Shown: one piece after another, positions 29,231 through 38,342 of the stretch
How the letters are laid out: each line of letters starts with the position of its first letter
How positions within the stretch are numbered: the stretch's first letter is position 1
Assembly (NCBI GenBank): GCA_036401075.1
Contig: DASWVY010000036.1
Coordinates: 16,662 to 80,661, forward strand
DNA: 64,000 bases
Direction of reading: 5' to 3'
DNA from: Opitutaceae bacterium
GTDB taxonomy: Bacteria > Verrucomicrobiota > Verrucomicrobiia > Opitutales > Opitutaceae
The notes under the pieces: model-generated
Seen by the model: the letters and a program-made list of their open reading frames with translations, nothing else
Told to the model about the DNA's origin: nothing
The model's database searches: none
Program-made: the position numbers and the translations under genes

Positions 29231-29304
29231 GTGTCACGACGTGCTTCTACAATAACTGAAGTCGCTTCCTGTTAACGGTGACGAGACTCGATCGGTCCAA
29301 TCCA

Positions 29305-29394
29305 GAAGTCGCGCAGAGTCGCGGAGACGCAGAGATAGCCACCCAGATCGAATCCTGTTTGAAACTCTGTGTCTCTGCGGCTCTGCGCGACTTC
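29305..29394. repeat. composite inverted repeat, family B copy 1 (tpiA/ispA convergent spacer)
   Basis: Left arm GAAGTCGCGCAGAGTCGCGGAGACGCAGAG (29305-29334) against right arm CTCTGTGTCTCTGCGGCTCTGCGCGACTTC (29365-29394), 27/30 complementary. The arms are built from roughly 8-10-nt GCGNAGAG-like units. Confidence 0.85.
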
Positions 29395-29458
29395 CGTGCT
29401 TTGATTTTGAGCCGGAGCTTTCTGGCGCTTGCGATTTGATGGCGCCAAGCGCTGGCTC

Positions 29459-30340
29459 CTACCGGTCCCGCGTCAGCATCCGCTCGGCGAGGGCGATCAG
29501 GAAGCTGGTCTCGCCAGGCAGGGCGCGCAGCGCCGCAATGGCTTGGGCTGAGTGCATCTCCGCCAACCGGCGCGAGGCCTCGAGTCCGTGCAGCTTGACC
29601 GAGGTGGTCTTGTCAGCCTTCGCATCCTTGCCAGCGGTTTTGCCCAGCGTGGCGGTGTCGGCGGTGGCATCGAGGATGTCGTCGATGATCTGGAAGGCCA
29701 GGCCGAGGTGACGCCCCGCTTGGCGCAGCGTTTCCACCGCGGTCGTTCCAGCGCCACCGACAAGTCCGCCGAGAACGAGGGAGACCTCGATCATCGCCGC
29801 AGTCTTGTGCAGATGGATGAACTCCAGCTCGTCCGCCGTGGCATTGGCGCGCTTCTCGGCCATCAGGTCCTCCATCTGGCCGCCGATCAGGCGCCGGCTG
29901 CCCGCGGCATCCGCAAGCTCGCGGACGAGACCGTGGGCAAGGGTGGGCTGGGTCGCATAGGCGGTGGCCAGCAGGGCGAAGGCGTGGGTGAGGAGCGCGT
30001 CGCCGGACAGCAGGGCGGTGGCCTCGTCGAAGGCCTTGTGCGCGGTCGGCCGGCCCCGGCGGAGGTCGTCGTTGTCCATGCACGGCAGGTCGTCATGAAT
30101 CAGCGAATACGTATGGATGCACTCAACCGCGACCGCGGCGGGCAGGGGATCGGCCCCGCCCGGGAACAATTCCGCGGCGGCGAGGACCAACACGGGGCGC
30201 AACCGCTTGCCGCCCGCCTGCAGGCTGTAGCGCATCGCCGTGTGAATGCGCGCTGGTCGGGTCTCCGCCGAGGGTAGATGCGTGTCGATCCCGGCCTCGA
30301 CGCGGGCAATGGCGGCACTAAATTTATTTGAGAAGTCCAT
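29459..30340 (-). CDS. ispA: polyprenyl (farnesyl/geranylgeranyl) diphosphate synthase
   Basis: 293 aa from ATG 30340; the longer ORF N-terminus is Arg-rich. First Asp-rich motif LIHDDLPCMDNDDLRRG and second motif QIIDDILD. Confidence 0.9.
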   Translation of the reverse strand: MDFSNKFSAAIARVEAGIDTHLPSAETRPARIHTAMRYSLQAGGKRLRPVLVLAAAELFPGGADPLPAAVAVECIHTYSLIHDDLPCMDNDDLRRGRPTAHKAFDEATALLSGDALLTHAFALLATAYATQPTLAHGLVRELADAAGSRRLIGGQMEDLMAEKRANATADELEFIHLHKTAAMIEVSLVLGGLVGGAGTTAVETLRQAGRHLGLAFQIIDDILDATADTATLGKTAGKDAKADKTTSVKLHGLEASRRLAEMHSAQAIAALRALPGETSFLIALAERMLTRDR

Positions 30341-30381
30341 TGTCAGGACACCACGGTCCCGGTTAAATCTTCCCTGTCGCA

Positions 30382-30987
30382 ATGCCCACGCTCGAACTTG
30401 TTTGCAAACGCCTTTTCGCCGGGTCCGCCTGGTTCGTGAAAAGTGTCGTGGGTGCACTGCTTTTGGTGGTGCCGATCGCGCACTTTTTCGCCTTTGGCTA
30501 CTTCTATGAACTCATCGCCCGCGCGCGGCGCGGCGAGGGGATCGAACTGCCGGACTGGGATGATTGGCGGCGGCTCTTCGTCAATGGCGTGCCCGCGTTC
30601 ATCATCTTCATGGTCCTCGGGGTGGCGCCGGTGGTCATCGCCTGGTTCCTGACGTGGCCGCTGCGGCTGTTTTCCTACGGCGCGTTCGTTTACCTGCCGA
30701 TCGTGCCGGCGATCCTGATGGCCGGGCCGCTCACGGCCGCGGGCATCTACCAGTACCAGAAGCGCGAGGAGTACCGCGATGCCTTCCGCCTCGGTATCCT
30801 AGCGTCGATGCTCCGGTCGAGCCGGGCCCGCTTCTGGCTGCCCACCTTTGCGCTGATCGGTTTCATCGCGGTGGGCTACCCCCTGATGACCTTCACGGTT
30901 TTCGTCGGATTTGCAGCCAGTTGGACGTATTACGCCGCCTATTTCCGGTTTGTGGAACAGTCTCGCAAAACCGGCACTGCCGTATAG
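30382..30987 (+). CDS. DUF4013-like integral membrane protein
   Basis: 201 aa, about 5 TM. The ..GYFYELIARARRGEGIELPDWDDWRRLFVNG.. pattern is typical of DUF4013, as far as I recall. Confidence 0.65.
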   Translation: MPTLELVCKRLFAGSAWFVKSVVGALLLVVPIAHFFAFGYFYELIARARRGEGIELPDWDDWRRLFVNGVPAFIIFMVLGVAPVVIAWFLTWPLRLFSYGAFVYLPIVPAILMAGPLTAAGIYQYQKREEYRDAFRLGILASMLRSSRARFWLPTFALIGFIAVGYPLMTFTVFVGFAASWTYYAAYFRFVEQSRKTGTAV

Positions 30988-31014
30988 CGCTATTCGGGTT
31001 CCAGATTCCCGTCT

Positions 31015-31272
31015 ATGCCCACTTACGATTACAGCTGCTCCCGTTGCGGGGAGGATTTCGAAGCATTCCAGTCCATGAAGGACGCGCCCCTGACCACCTG
31101 CCCGAAATGTGGCAAAAAAGGTGGGGTCAAGCGCCAGATCGGCGGAGGCGCCGGCCTGATCTTCAAGGGCACCGGATTCTACATCACCGACTACAAGAAC
31201 AAGTCGGGCGGCGGTGGAGACAAGAAGCCGTCCAAGGAATCGAAGTCACCGGCCGCGTCGTCGGCCTCCTGA
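31015..31272 (+). CDS. FmdB-family zinc-ribbon protein
   Basis: 85 aa. MPTYDYSCSRCG..(x)..CPKCG, the CxxC...CxxC signature of the FmdB putative regulatory family. Gly/Lys/Ser-rich tail. Confidence 0.8.
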   Translation: MPTYDYSCSRCGEDFEAFQSMKDAPLTTCPKCGKKGGVKRQIGGGAGLIFKGTGFYITDYKNKSGGGGDKKPSKESKSPAASSAS

Positions 31273-31281
31273 TCCCCTCTC

Positions 31282-31953
31282 ATGAAATCGAGCGCCAAGA
31301 TCGAGCGGGAAAAGTATGGCCCGAGCCTGGTGGAAGTCACCTTGGGGGCGGCGCTCAGCCTCGTGCTTGGCGCGGTCCTCGCGGCGGCCTATCTGGTGGT
31401 CAAGCCCGTCGCCACCGTGCGCGAGCTGCCCAAGGAAGAGGACCGCGTTCGTGACCAGGTCTATTTTGTCGAGGGTTCGAAGGATGCGAACAAGGGCCGG
31501 ACCTGGCTGCGCAAGCGCCAACTGCTGCTCGAGGGCCAGACGGCCGAGATTCCGCTGACGGAGGATGAACTCAACGCCGGCCTCAACGAGGCGCCCAAGC
31601 CGGCCGAGGCGGGAGCGACTCCGGGATTGATCGAGCCCTCGGCGGTCAATTTCCGCATCCGGGAGGGTGTTCTCCAGGTCGCGCTGCCTTCGACGGTCAA
31701 TTTTATCGGCTACCGGATTCCGGTCGTATTTCAGGCGCGCGGAGGTTTCGAGCGCGACGGCGATCGTTTCGCCTTTGTGCCGGATGAATTCTATATCGGT
31801 TCGCTCGCGGTCAATCGCCTCCCGTTCCTGCGTGGGGCGGTGACGTCCCGGCTCGTTTCAGCCAAGGCGGTCGGTCCGGAACTGGTCGAGGCTTGGGGTA
31901 AGGTGTCCGCTGTGGCAATCAATGGGGACACGCTGCAGCTCACGCTGCCCTGA
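31282..31953 (+). CDS. hypothetical membrane-anchored protein
   Basis: 223 aa with one N-terminal TM (LGAALSLVLGAVLAAAYLVV). No family recognised. Good GC3-style codon usage and tight spacing after the zinc-ribbon gene. Confidence 0.55.
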   Translation: MKSSAKIEREKYGPSLVEVTLGAALSLVLGAVLAAAYLVVKPVATVRELPKEEDRVRDQVYFVEGSKDANKGRTWLRKRQLLLEGQTAEIPLTEDELNAGLNEAPKPAEAGATPGLIEPSAVNFRIREGVLQVALPSTVNFIGYRIPVVFQARGGFERDGDRFAFVPDEFYIGSLAVNRLPFLRGAVTSRLVSAKAVGPELVEAWGKVSAVAINGDTLQLTLP

Positions 31954-32012
31954 GGAAATTCACTGGGGGTGCTGGCTGACGGCCCGCAGCCCCCGCCAGG
32001 CCCAATCCCCGG

Positions 32013-33197
32013 TCAGATCGACTTGAGCAGCGTCGACATGTCGACGTGTTCGGTGATCAGCCGTTTGATCACGGGGAACTTGTCCGTGTCCTGCGGCTGG
32101 GTCTTCACCGTCATGCTGTGGATCTTCGAGGCGATGGTGTAGCTCTCGTCGCGCGCGGCGATCACCGGGATCTCCGTCTGCGCGAGAAGCTCGAGCAGCT
32201 TTGCATGAGGCTGGATGTCGTTCGTGAGCACGAGGCCCGCGATCGTGTCGACGCCGAGGCGTGCGCTTGAGATGGCGGCAAGGATGATGTCGTCGCGGTC
32301 GCCCGGGGTGATGATGAGGGTTCCAGGCTGGAGATAGTCCACGATGCCCTTGGCGGTCATGGCGCCGACCACCACGCGATGGACGCGCTGCTTTGCGCCG
32401 CGGGGCTGGGCGTTGAGCCAGCGCCCGCTGATCTCCTCGGCAATTTGCGAGAGGTTGGGGGCGGACAGCATCTTTTGCACGGGCAGCACGCCGAGCAGCG
32501 GAACACCAAGGCGCTTGAGCCCGAGACCGGCATATTCCTGGATCAGCGGGATCTTGTCAGCGTCGACCTTGTTGAGGATGGCGCCCACGACCTCGACCCC
32601 GGCCTGGTCGAACAAGGCCTTGTTCAGCGCGATCTCGTCAATCGGCCGGCCGATGCCGCCGGGGCAGACGATCACGACCTTGGCCTTGAGCAGCTTGGCG
32701 ACCGAGGCGTTGGAAAGGTCGAAGACCGAACCGACGCCGGCGTGTCCCGTGCCTTCGATGAGGGTGAAATCCTTTTCCCACGAGACCCGGTCAAAGGCGC
32801 GGCAGATCTTGTCCTCCAGCGTCGCCAGCATGTTCGAGGGATCCTTAAGGAAGCGCCGGGTAAAGGTGGAATCCACCGTCACGGGGCTCATGCTCTCGAT
32901 CGGCACGTGAACATGGTAGATCGTGTCGAGCAGGTACGAATCCTCGTCCACATGGTGGCCTTGGACTTCGACGAAGCGCTGGCCCACCGGCTTGATGAAG
33001 CCGATGCGCGGGTACATGCCCATGAGCGCGGCGTAGAGGCCGAGGCACGTCGTCGTTTTGCCATCGTTCATGCGTGTGGCGGCGACAAAGAGCCGCTTGG
33101 TCGCGGTGTTGGTCGGTGTCGTCAGCAGCGGCAGCGCGGGCAGGTCGAACGGATTGGCCGAGACGTTGAACGTGGGCAGGGAAGGCGTGGTGGCCAT
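32013..33197 (-). CDS. phosphotransacetylase N-terminal-region homologue (BioD-like AAA_26 + DRTGG domains), stand-alone
   Basis: 394 aa. BioD-like P-loop region TRMNDGKTTTCLGLY, and later a DRTGG-type segment (LIITPGDRDDIILAA). Resembles the regulatory N-terminal part of long Pta enzymes. Confidence 0.8.
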   Translation of the reverse strand: MATTPSLPTFNVSANPFDLPALPLLTTPTNTATKRLFVAATRMNDGKTTTCLGLYAALMGMYPRIGFIKPVGQRFVEVQGHHVDEDSYLLDTIYHVHVPIESMSPVTVDSTFTRRFLKDPSNMLATLEDKICRAFDRVSWEKDFTLIEGTGHAGVGSVFDLSNASVAKLLKAKVVIVCPGGIGRPIDEIALNKALFDQAGVEVVGAILNKVDADKIPLIQEYAGLGLKRLGVPLLGVLPVQKMLSAPNLSQIAEEISGRWLNAQPRGAKQRVHRVVVGAMTAKGIVDYLQPGTLIITPGDRDDIILAAISSARLGVDTIAGLVLTNDIQPHAKLLELLAQTEIPVIAARDESYTIASKIHSMTVKTQPQDTDKFPVIKRLITEHVDMSTLLKSI

Positions 33198-33220
33198 GAC
33201 GGGAACTTAGTGGGGAAGGT

Positions 33221-33304
33221 TGAAATCCGAATGACGAAGCTCGAGTGACGAAAGCGGTCCTTCGCGCGTGGACGGGTTCGTCATTCGGATTTCGTCATTC
33301 GAGC
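33221..33304. repeat. composite inverted repeat, family A copy 3 (between the two pta-related genes)
   Basis: Same 17-mer at 33222-33238 and a perfect reverse complement at 33277-33293. A second unit is present in each arm (TCGAGTGACGAAAG / TTCGTCATTCGAG). Confidence 0.9.
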
Positions 33305-33305
33305 T

Positions 33306-34340
33306 TTACTCGGGCGTTCCGTAGAGAAGACGGCGGTCGATGGCCTGGCAGCCGACCACGGCGGCCGCGCCGAAGACGTCGTGGGCGCTTGAGCCGCGGC
33401 TGATCTCGGCGGCGGGCTTGCTGAGGCCGGTCAGGATCTGACCGAAGGCATTCGCGCCGGCGAGAAGCTGCACGAGCTTGAAGGCGATGTTGCCGCTGTT
33501 GAGATCGGGAAACACGAGGACATTGGCGCGGCCGGCCACCGGCCCGGAAACCTTCTTGGTCTCGGCGGTCAGGGCGTCGAGGGCGGCGTCGACCTGGATC
33601 TCGCCATCGATCTCCAGCTCGAGTCCGGCGGCCGCCGCCTTGGCGCGGGCGAGGGCAGTGGCTTGGCGAACCTTCACGAGGGTGGGCTGGCTGGACTGGC
33701 TGTGGGTGGCGTAACTGAGCATGGCCACGCGAGGCAGCTCATTCGTCAGGTGCCGGGCGATCGTCGCGGTGGAGATGGCGATATCGCATAGCTGCTCCGC
33801 CGTCGGTTCGGGAATGACGGCGCAATCCGCGAGGAAAATGGAGCCATCGCTGCCGACTTTCTTCTCGTCAAAATCGAGGATCATGAGCGACGAGGCGGTC
33901 TGCACGTGCTCCAGACGCGGGATGATCTGGAACAACGGACGCAGCGCACTCGACGCGCTGACCGTGGCGCCGGCCACGAGCGCGTCGGCCTGGGCGGCTT
34001 CGAGCATCAGGGTGGCGAAGGTGTTGCTGTCGCGGACGGCCACGCGGGCCTCGTCCAACGTGAGCCCTTTCTCACGGCGGATCTCAACCAGCCGGGTGGC
34101 GAAGTGCTCCCGGTCCTCGCTGCGGCTCGGATCGATCAGGCGCATGCCCTGCAGGTTGATGTCGAGGCGCAGGGCCGCAGCCTTGATCTCGGCGCGATCG
34201 CCCAGCAGGATGGGCGCTCCCATGCGGCGGGTGACCCATTGGCGTGCCGCCTGGAGGATGCGTGGATCGGCGCCTTCAGGAAAAACCACGCGCTTGGGAT
34301 GGCGCTGGAGTTTTTCGGTCAGCTTCGGGACGAGCGGCAT
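33306..34340 (-). CDS. pta: phosphate acetyltransferase (catalytic PTA_PTB domain only)
   Basis: 344 aa. The N-terminus RVVFPEGADPRILQAA and the overall pattern are typical of short Pta/PTA_PTB enzymes. Confidence 0.9.
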   Translation of the reverse strand: MPLVPKLTEKLQRHPKRVVFPEGADPRILQAARQWVTRRMGAPILLGDRAEIKAAALRLDINLQGMRLIDPSRSEDREHFATRLVEIRREKGLTLDEARVAVRDSNTFATLMLEAAQADALVAGATVSASSALRPLFQIIPRLEHVQTASSLMILDFDEKKVGSDGSIFLADCAVIPEPTAEQLCDIAISTATIARHLTNELPRVAMLSYATHSQSSQPTLVKVRQATALARAKAAAAGLELEIDGEIQVDAALDALTAETKKVSGPVAGRANVLVFPDLNSGNIAFKLVQLLAGANAFGQILTGLSKPAAEISRGSSAHDVFGAAAVVGCQAIDRRLLYGTPE

Positions 34341-34436
34341 GGGAGGAGGGAAAGGCTGTGAACTCCCGTAGCAACGTCAATGCCACGCCCGGTTAATAAC
34401 TTGTAAGCGACTGAGCACCCGGCGAAAACAACAGCC

Positions 34437-36035
34437 GTGTCGAGGAGTCTCAAGAACATCAGCGTCGTGGCCGGAGCGACCATGGTTTCGCGCGTCCTGG
34501 GCCTGGCGCGCGACATCCTGATCAGTGCCGTCTTTGGCATCTCGGCGCTGAACTCGTCCTTCGTCACGGCGTTCACCCTGCCGAATCTCTTCCGGCGCCT
34601 GCTGGGCGAAGGTGCGCTGACAGCCGCGTTTGTGCCGACGCTGAACGAGGAGCTGGCCCAGCGTCAGCGCGCGGGCGCCTTTGTGCTGGTGAGTCAGGTG
34701 GCGAGCTGGCTGCTGGTCGTCACCGTTGCGGTGGTGGCCTTGTCGACCTGGGGACTGTTCCACGCTGACTTCTGGGCGGCGCGGGCGCAGGCGTGGGGAC
34801 TTTCGCCGGCCACGGCGGAGCGCTGGCTCACCGGCGCCGACCTCGCGGTGCTGCTTTTCCCCTACATGATTTTTGTCTGCCTCGCCGCGGCCTTCAGTGC
34901 CGCGCTGCAGACGTTGGACCGCTTTCTTGAGCCGGCCCTGTCCCCGATCTGGCTCAATCTGGCGATGATCGGGATGCTCGCGGGCGGAGCCTACCTGGGC
35001 TGGGCCGAGGGCGATGACGGGCGCATGCGCTGGTTGTGCGCCGGCGTGCTCCTGGGAGGCTTTCTGCAGATGGCGGTGCCGGCGGTCACGCTTGTGCGCC
35101 TCGGCTGGCGGCCGGCGTTTGACCTGCGGGCGAGTCCCCAAGTCCGTGCGATCGTGCGCCTGATGGGACCGACGGTGTTCGGATCGGCGATCTATCTCAT
35201 CAATATGGCCGTTTCCCGCGTGATCGGTTTGTCGCTCAATGATGCGGCGGCCTCCGTGCTGAACCTGGCCACGCGGCTGATGGAGCTGCCGATCGGCGTG
35301 TTTGCGGTTGCCGTTTCCACCGTGGTGTTTCCGTTGATCTCGAAGTACGCGGTGCAGGGCGACTGGACCAACCTGGCCGCGGCCTACCGCAAGGGCATGA
35401 GGCTGATCCTGGTGATCAATATTCCTGCGGCGCTCGGCCTGGTCGTGCTGGCGGAGCCGGTGATCCGGCTGCTGTTCCAGCGCGGTGCGTTCCGGGCTGA
35501 GGACACGGCGTTGATGATTCCGGTGCTCGCGGTCTTCGCGCTCGGGCTGCCGCTCTTTTCCTTCGTGAATCTGGTGCTGCGGGTTTTCTACGCGGAGCGC
35601 GACACCCGTACGCCCGTGCAAGCGGCGATCCTGAGCTTTGTCGTCAACGTCGGTCTGAGCTTTGCCCTGATGGGCCCGCTCTCGACGATCGGCCTCGCGA
35701 TTGCGGGGAATGTGGCGATCGCGGTGCAGGCGTGGTTCCTGCAATCCCGCCTGGCGCGCAAGCGCGATAGTCTGGGCTTCAATCATCTGGGGCCGAGCCT
35801 CGTCCGTGTCCTTGCGGCGGCCGCTGGCATGGGGCTGGTGGTGGCAGTTGCTTGGCGCGGACTGCTGGCCGGGCTTGGCTCCGGCGTGCTGACGGATGTG
35901 CTGGCGCTCGTCGTGCTGATTCCGTCGGGTGTCGCCGTGTACGGCGCGCTGCTGTGGGCGATGAAGATTGAGGGCCGCGATGATCTCGTTGCGCTGGTGG
36001 ACCGGCTGAAGGCTCGTCTGCGGCCCGCACGATGA
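34437..36035 (+). CDS. murJ: lipid II flippase MurJ
   Basis: 532 aa with a GTG start. The N-terminus ATMVSRVLGLARDILISAVFG and about 14 TM segments are typical of MurJ/MviN. Confidence 0.9.
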   Translation: MSRSLKNISVVAGATMVSRVLGLARDILISAVFGISALNSSFVTAFTLPNLFRRLLGEGALTAAFVPTLNEELAQRQRAGAFVLVSQVASWLLVVTVAVVALSTWGLFHADFWAARAQAWGLSPATAERWLTGADLAVLLFPYMIFVCLAAAFSAALQTLDRFLEPALSPIWLNLAMIGMLAGGAYLGWAEGDDGRMRWLCAGVLLGGFLQMAVPAVTLVRLGWRPAFDLRASPQVRAIVRLMGPTVFGSAIYLINMAVSRVIGLSLNDAAASVLNLATRLMELPIGVFAVAVSTVVFPLISKYAVQGDWTNLAAAYRKGMRLILVINIPAALGLVVLAEPVIRLLFQRGAFRAEDTALMIPVLAVFALGLPLFSFVNLVLRVFYAERDTRTPVQAAILSFVVNVGLSFALMGPLSTIGLAIAGNVAIAVQAWFLQSRLARKRDSLGFNHLGPSLVRVLAAAAGMGLVVAVAWRGLLAGLGSGVLTDVLALVVLIPSGVAVYGALLWAMKIEGRDDLVALVDRLKARLRPAR

Positions 36036-37012
36036 AGGGCTTTCTGCAAAAGAACTGGTTCGTCCTCGCTCTGCCCGCGACGGTCGGGCTGGCCTGGCTC
36101 TTGCCCGGAGTGGGCGCGAGTGGGGGATGGCTGCGCACGGAAGTGACGACCAAGCTGGCTGTCGCGGTGATCTTTTTCAGTCAGGGCCTGACCCTGCCCG
36201 CGGCAGCGCTGAAACAAGGGGCATTGCAGTGGAAGCTTCACGTACTGGTGCAGAGCTTCACGTTTTTGCTGTTTCCCCTTCTGGGGCTGGCCCTCGATGC
36301 CTTGCTGGGGTCGCGTCTTGCGCCCGATTTGCGCCTGGGATTTCTTTATCTCTGCGTGCTGCCGTCGACCATCTCGACCTCGGTCGTCCTGACCACGGTG
36401 GCCGGCGGCAACACGGCGGGGGCGATCTTCAACGCGGTGCTTTCGAATGTGCTCGGGGTGTTCATCACCCCTCTCTGGGTCACGTGGTTGATGCAGGCGG
36501 GGGGCCAGTCCCAGCCGCTGGGGCCGGTGGTGCGTGAGATCATTGTGCTGCTGCTCGTTCCGCTGGTGCTCGGACAGGCGGCCCGGTCCGTCCTTCGGGC
36601 CTGGGCTGATGCCCGCAAAAAGCGGCTGGGTGATCTCAACAGTGGGCTGATCCTCTTCATCGTCTTTGCCGCGTTCTGCAACTCGGTCGAGGCCCGCGTG
36701 TGGTCGCAGTACGGCTTCGACGTGACACTCGTGGCGTTCGCGGGGGTGATCATCATCTTTGCGCTCGCGACCGGCTTGGTCGAGGTGCTGGCCCGTCTGC
36801 TGCGGTTGGATCGCGCCGACCGCATTGCCGCTTCCTTTTGCGCGCCGCAGAAGACGCTGGCTTCAGGCGTGCCGCTGGCGAAGGTCATCTTCGGGGCTCA
36901 TCCCGGACTCGGGCTCATCCTGTTGCCGATCATGTTCTATCATCCGCTGCAGCTTCTTGTCTGTGGCCTGCTGGCCGGGCGCTGGGCGAAACGGCGTGAA
37001 GCAAAGAGCTAG
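36032..37012 (+). CDS. bile acid:Na+ symporter (BASS/YfeH-like) family transporter
   Basis: 326 aa, about 9-10 TM. ATGA overlap with the murJ stop. The family call rests on overall similarity (VLPSTISTSVVLT..). Confidence 0.75.
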   Translation: MKGFLQKNWFVLALPATVGLAWLLPGVGASGGWLRTEVTTKLAVAVIFFSQGLTLPAAALKQGALQWKLHVLVQSFTFLLFPLLGLALDALLGSRLAPDLRLGFLYLCVLPSTISTSVVLTTVAGGNTAGAIFNAVLSNVLGVFITPLWVTWLMQAGGQSQPLGPVVREIIVLLLVPLVLGQAARSVLRAWADARKKRLGDLNSGLILFIVFAAFCNSVEARVWSQYGFDVTLVAFAGVIIIFALATGLVEVLARLLRLDRADRIAASFCAPQKTLASGVPLAKVIFGAHPGLGLILLPIMFYHPLQLLVCGLLAGRWAKRREAKS

Positions 37013-37030
37013 GTGGACACGAGCCTGGGA

Positions 37031-37115
37031 GGTCGCGCAGAGACGCGGAGCCGCAGAGAAAATCACCGGCGGCCAAGTCGTGCTTTAAAATTTTGCGGCT
37101 CTGCGGGACTCTCGG
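37031..37115. repeat. family B copy 2, degenerate (BASS-OYE spacer)
   Basis: The left arm GCGCAGAGACGCGGAGCCGCAGAG matches the copy-1 left arm at 22/24 positions. The right side TGCGGCTCTGCGGGACTCTCGG pairs only over about 13 of 14 inner nucleotides. Confidence 0.7.
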
Positions 37116-37186
37116 ATTCGAAACGTAAGACTTGGATCTTAGTTTGATTTTGATCGAACCATGTGCCAGAGTGAATTCTTCATATC

Positions 37187-38254
37187 ATGGCTCATCTCTT
37201 CGATCCGTTCACGCTCCGTTCGATCACGCTTCGCAACCGCATCGGTGTTTCGCCGATGTGCCAGTACAGTGCGGAGGAAGGGCGCGCGAATGACTGGCAC
37301 CTCGTCCATCTCGGCGCACGCGCGACGGGCGGAGCCGGGCTGGTCATTGTGGAGGCGACCGCGGTCGAGGCGCGCGGACGAATCACGCCCGGCGATCTTG
37401 GCCTGTGGAACGACAGCCAGATCGAGCCCCTGGCGCGCATCACCCGGTTTCTGAAGGCCCACGGCTCGGTGCCGGGCGTGCAACTGGCGCATGCGGGGCG
37501 CAAGGCCTCGGCCGCCCTGCCTTGGGCGGGCGGGGCGCATCTCTCCGATGCGGAGGGTGGGTGGACGCCGGTGGGGCCGAGCGCGAGTGCGTTTGGCGGG
37601 GCGCTGAATCGCGTTCCGGCGGCGTTGAGTGTTGCGGAGATCAAGGCAGTCCAGGCGGCCTTCGTCGCCGCCACCCGGCGAGCGCTCGCGGCGGGGTTTG
37701 CGTGGGTCGAATTGCATTCGGCGCACGGCTACCTCGGGCACAGCTTCTATTCACCGCTGAGCAATCAGCGAACCGACGAGTACGGTGGGAGTTTTGAGAA
37801 CCGCATCCGGTTCACGGTGGAGACGGCGCAGCAGATGCGTGCCGTGTGGCCGGATCATCTGCCGCTGACGGTGCGCATCTCGGCCACGGACTGGACGGAA
37901 GGCGGCTGGACACCCGAGGATTCGGTTGCGCTGGCCCACCGACTGAAGTCCGTAGGCGTGGACCTGATCGATTGCAGCACGGGTGGGAACGTGGCGACGG
38001 CCAGCATCCCGCTCGCGCCGGGCTATCAGGTGCCCTTTGCCGAACAGATTCGGCGGGAGGCCGCGCTGCCAACGGCGGCGGTGGGTTTGATCACAGATCC
38101 CGCGCAGGCGGATGCGATCGTGCGGGAGGGGCGCGCCGACGTGGTGCTGCTGGCGCGCGAGTCGCTGCGCGACCCGAACTGGCCGCTGCGCGCCGAGAAA
38201 GCGCTGCGGGGCAAGGCCGCCGGTTCACCGGTCCAGTATCTGCGGGCCTGGTAG
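37187..38254 (+). CDS. NADH:flavin oxidoreductase, Old Yellow Enzyme family
   Basis: 355 aa with SPMCQYS, HSAHGYLGHSF and ARESLRDPNWP. Confidence 0.9.
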   Translation: MAHLFDPFTLRSITLRNRIGVSPMCQYSAEEGRANDWHLVHLGARATGGAGLVIVEATAVEARGRITPGDLGLWNDSQIEPLARITRFLKAHGSVPGVQLAHAGRKASAALPWAGGAHLSDAEGGWTPVGPSASAFGGALNRVPAALSVAEIKAVQAAFVAATRRALAAGFAWVELHSAHGYLGHSFYSPLSNQRTDEYGGSFENRIRFTVETAQQMRAVWPDHLPLTVRISATDWTEGGWTPEDSVALAHRLKSVGVDLIDCSTGGNVATASIPLAPGYQVPFAEQIRREAALPTAAVGLITDPAQADAIVREGRADVVLLARESLRDPNWPLRAEKALRGKAAGSPVQYLRAW

Positions 38255-38342
38255 GCTCCGGGCCTCGGTGGAGTTTCGTGCCGATTGTGTAAACGCCGAC
38301 TTCGGCGTGGACTTGATCGCCAGAGAACGCCCCACTTGAGCC

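Noticed and set aside
29172-29458. An expected secG (or another small gene) downstream of tpiA, as found in many bacteria.
   Set aside because: No hydrophobic small ORF exists in any frame. The interval is filled by the tpiA terminator and the family-B hairpin.
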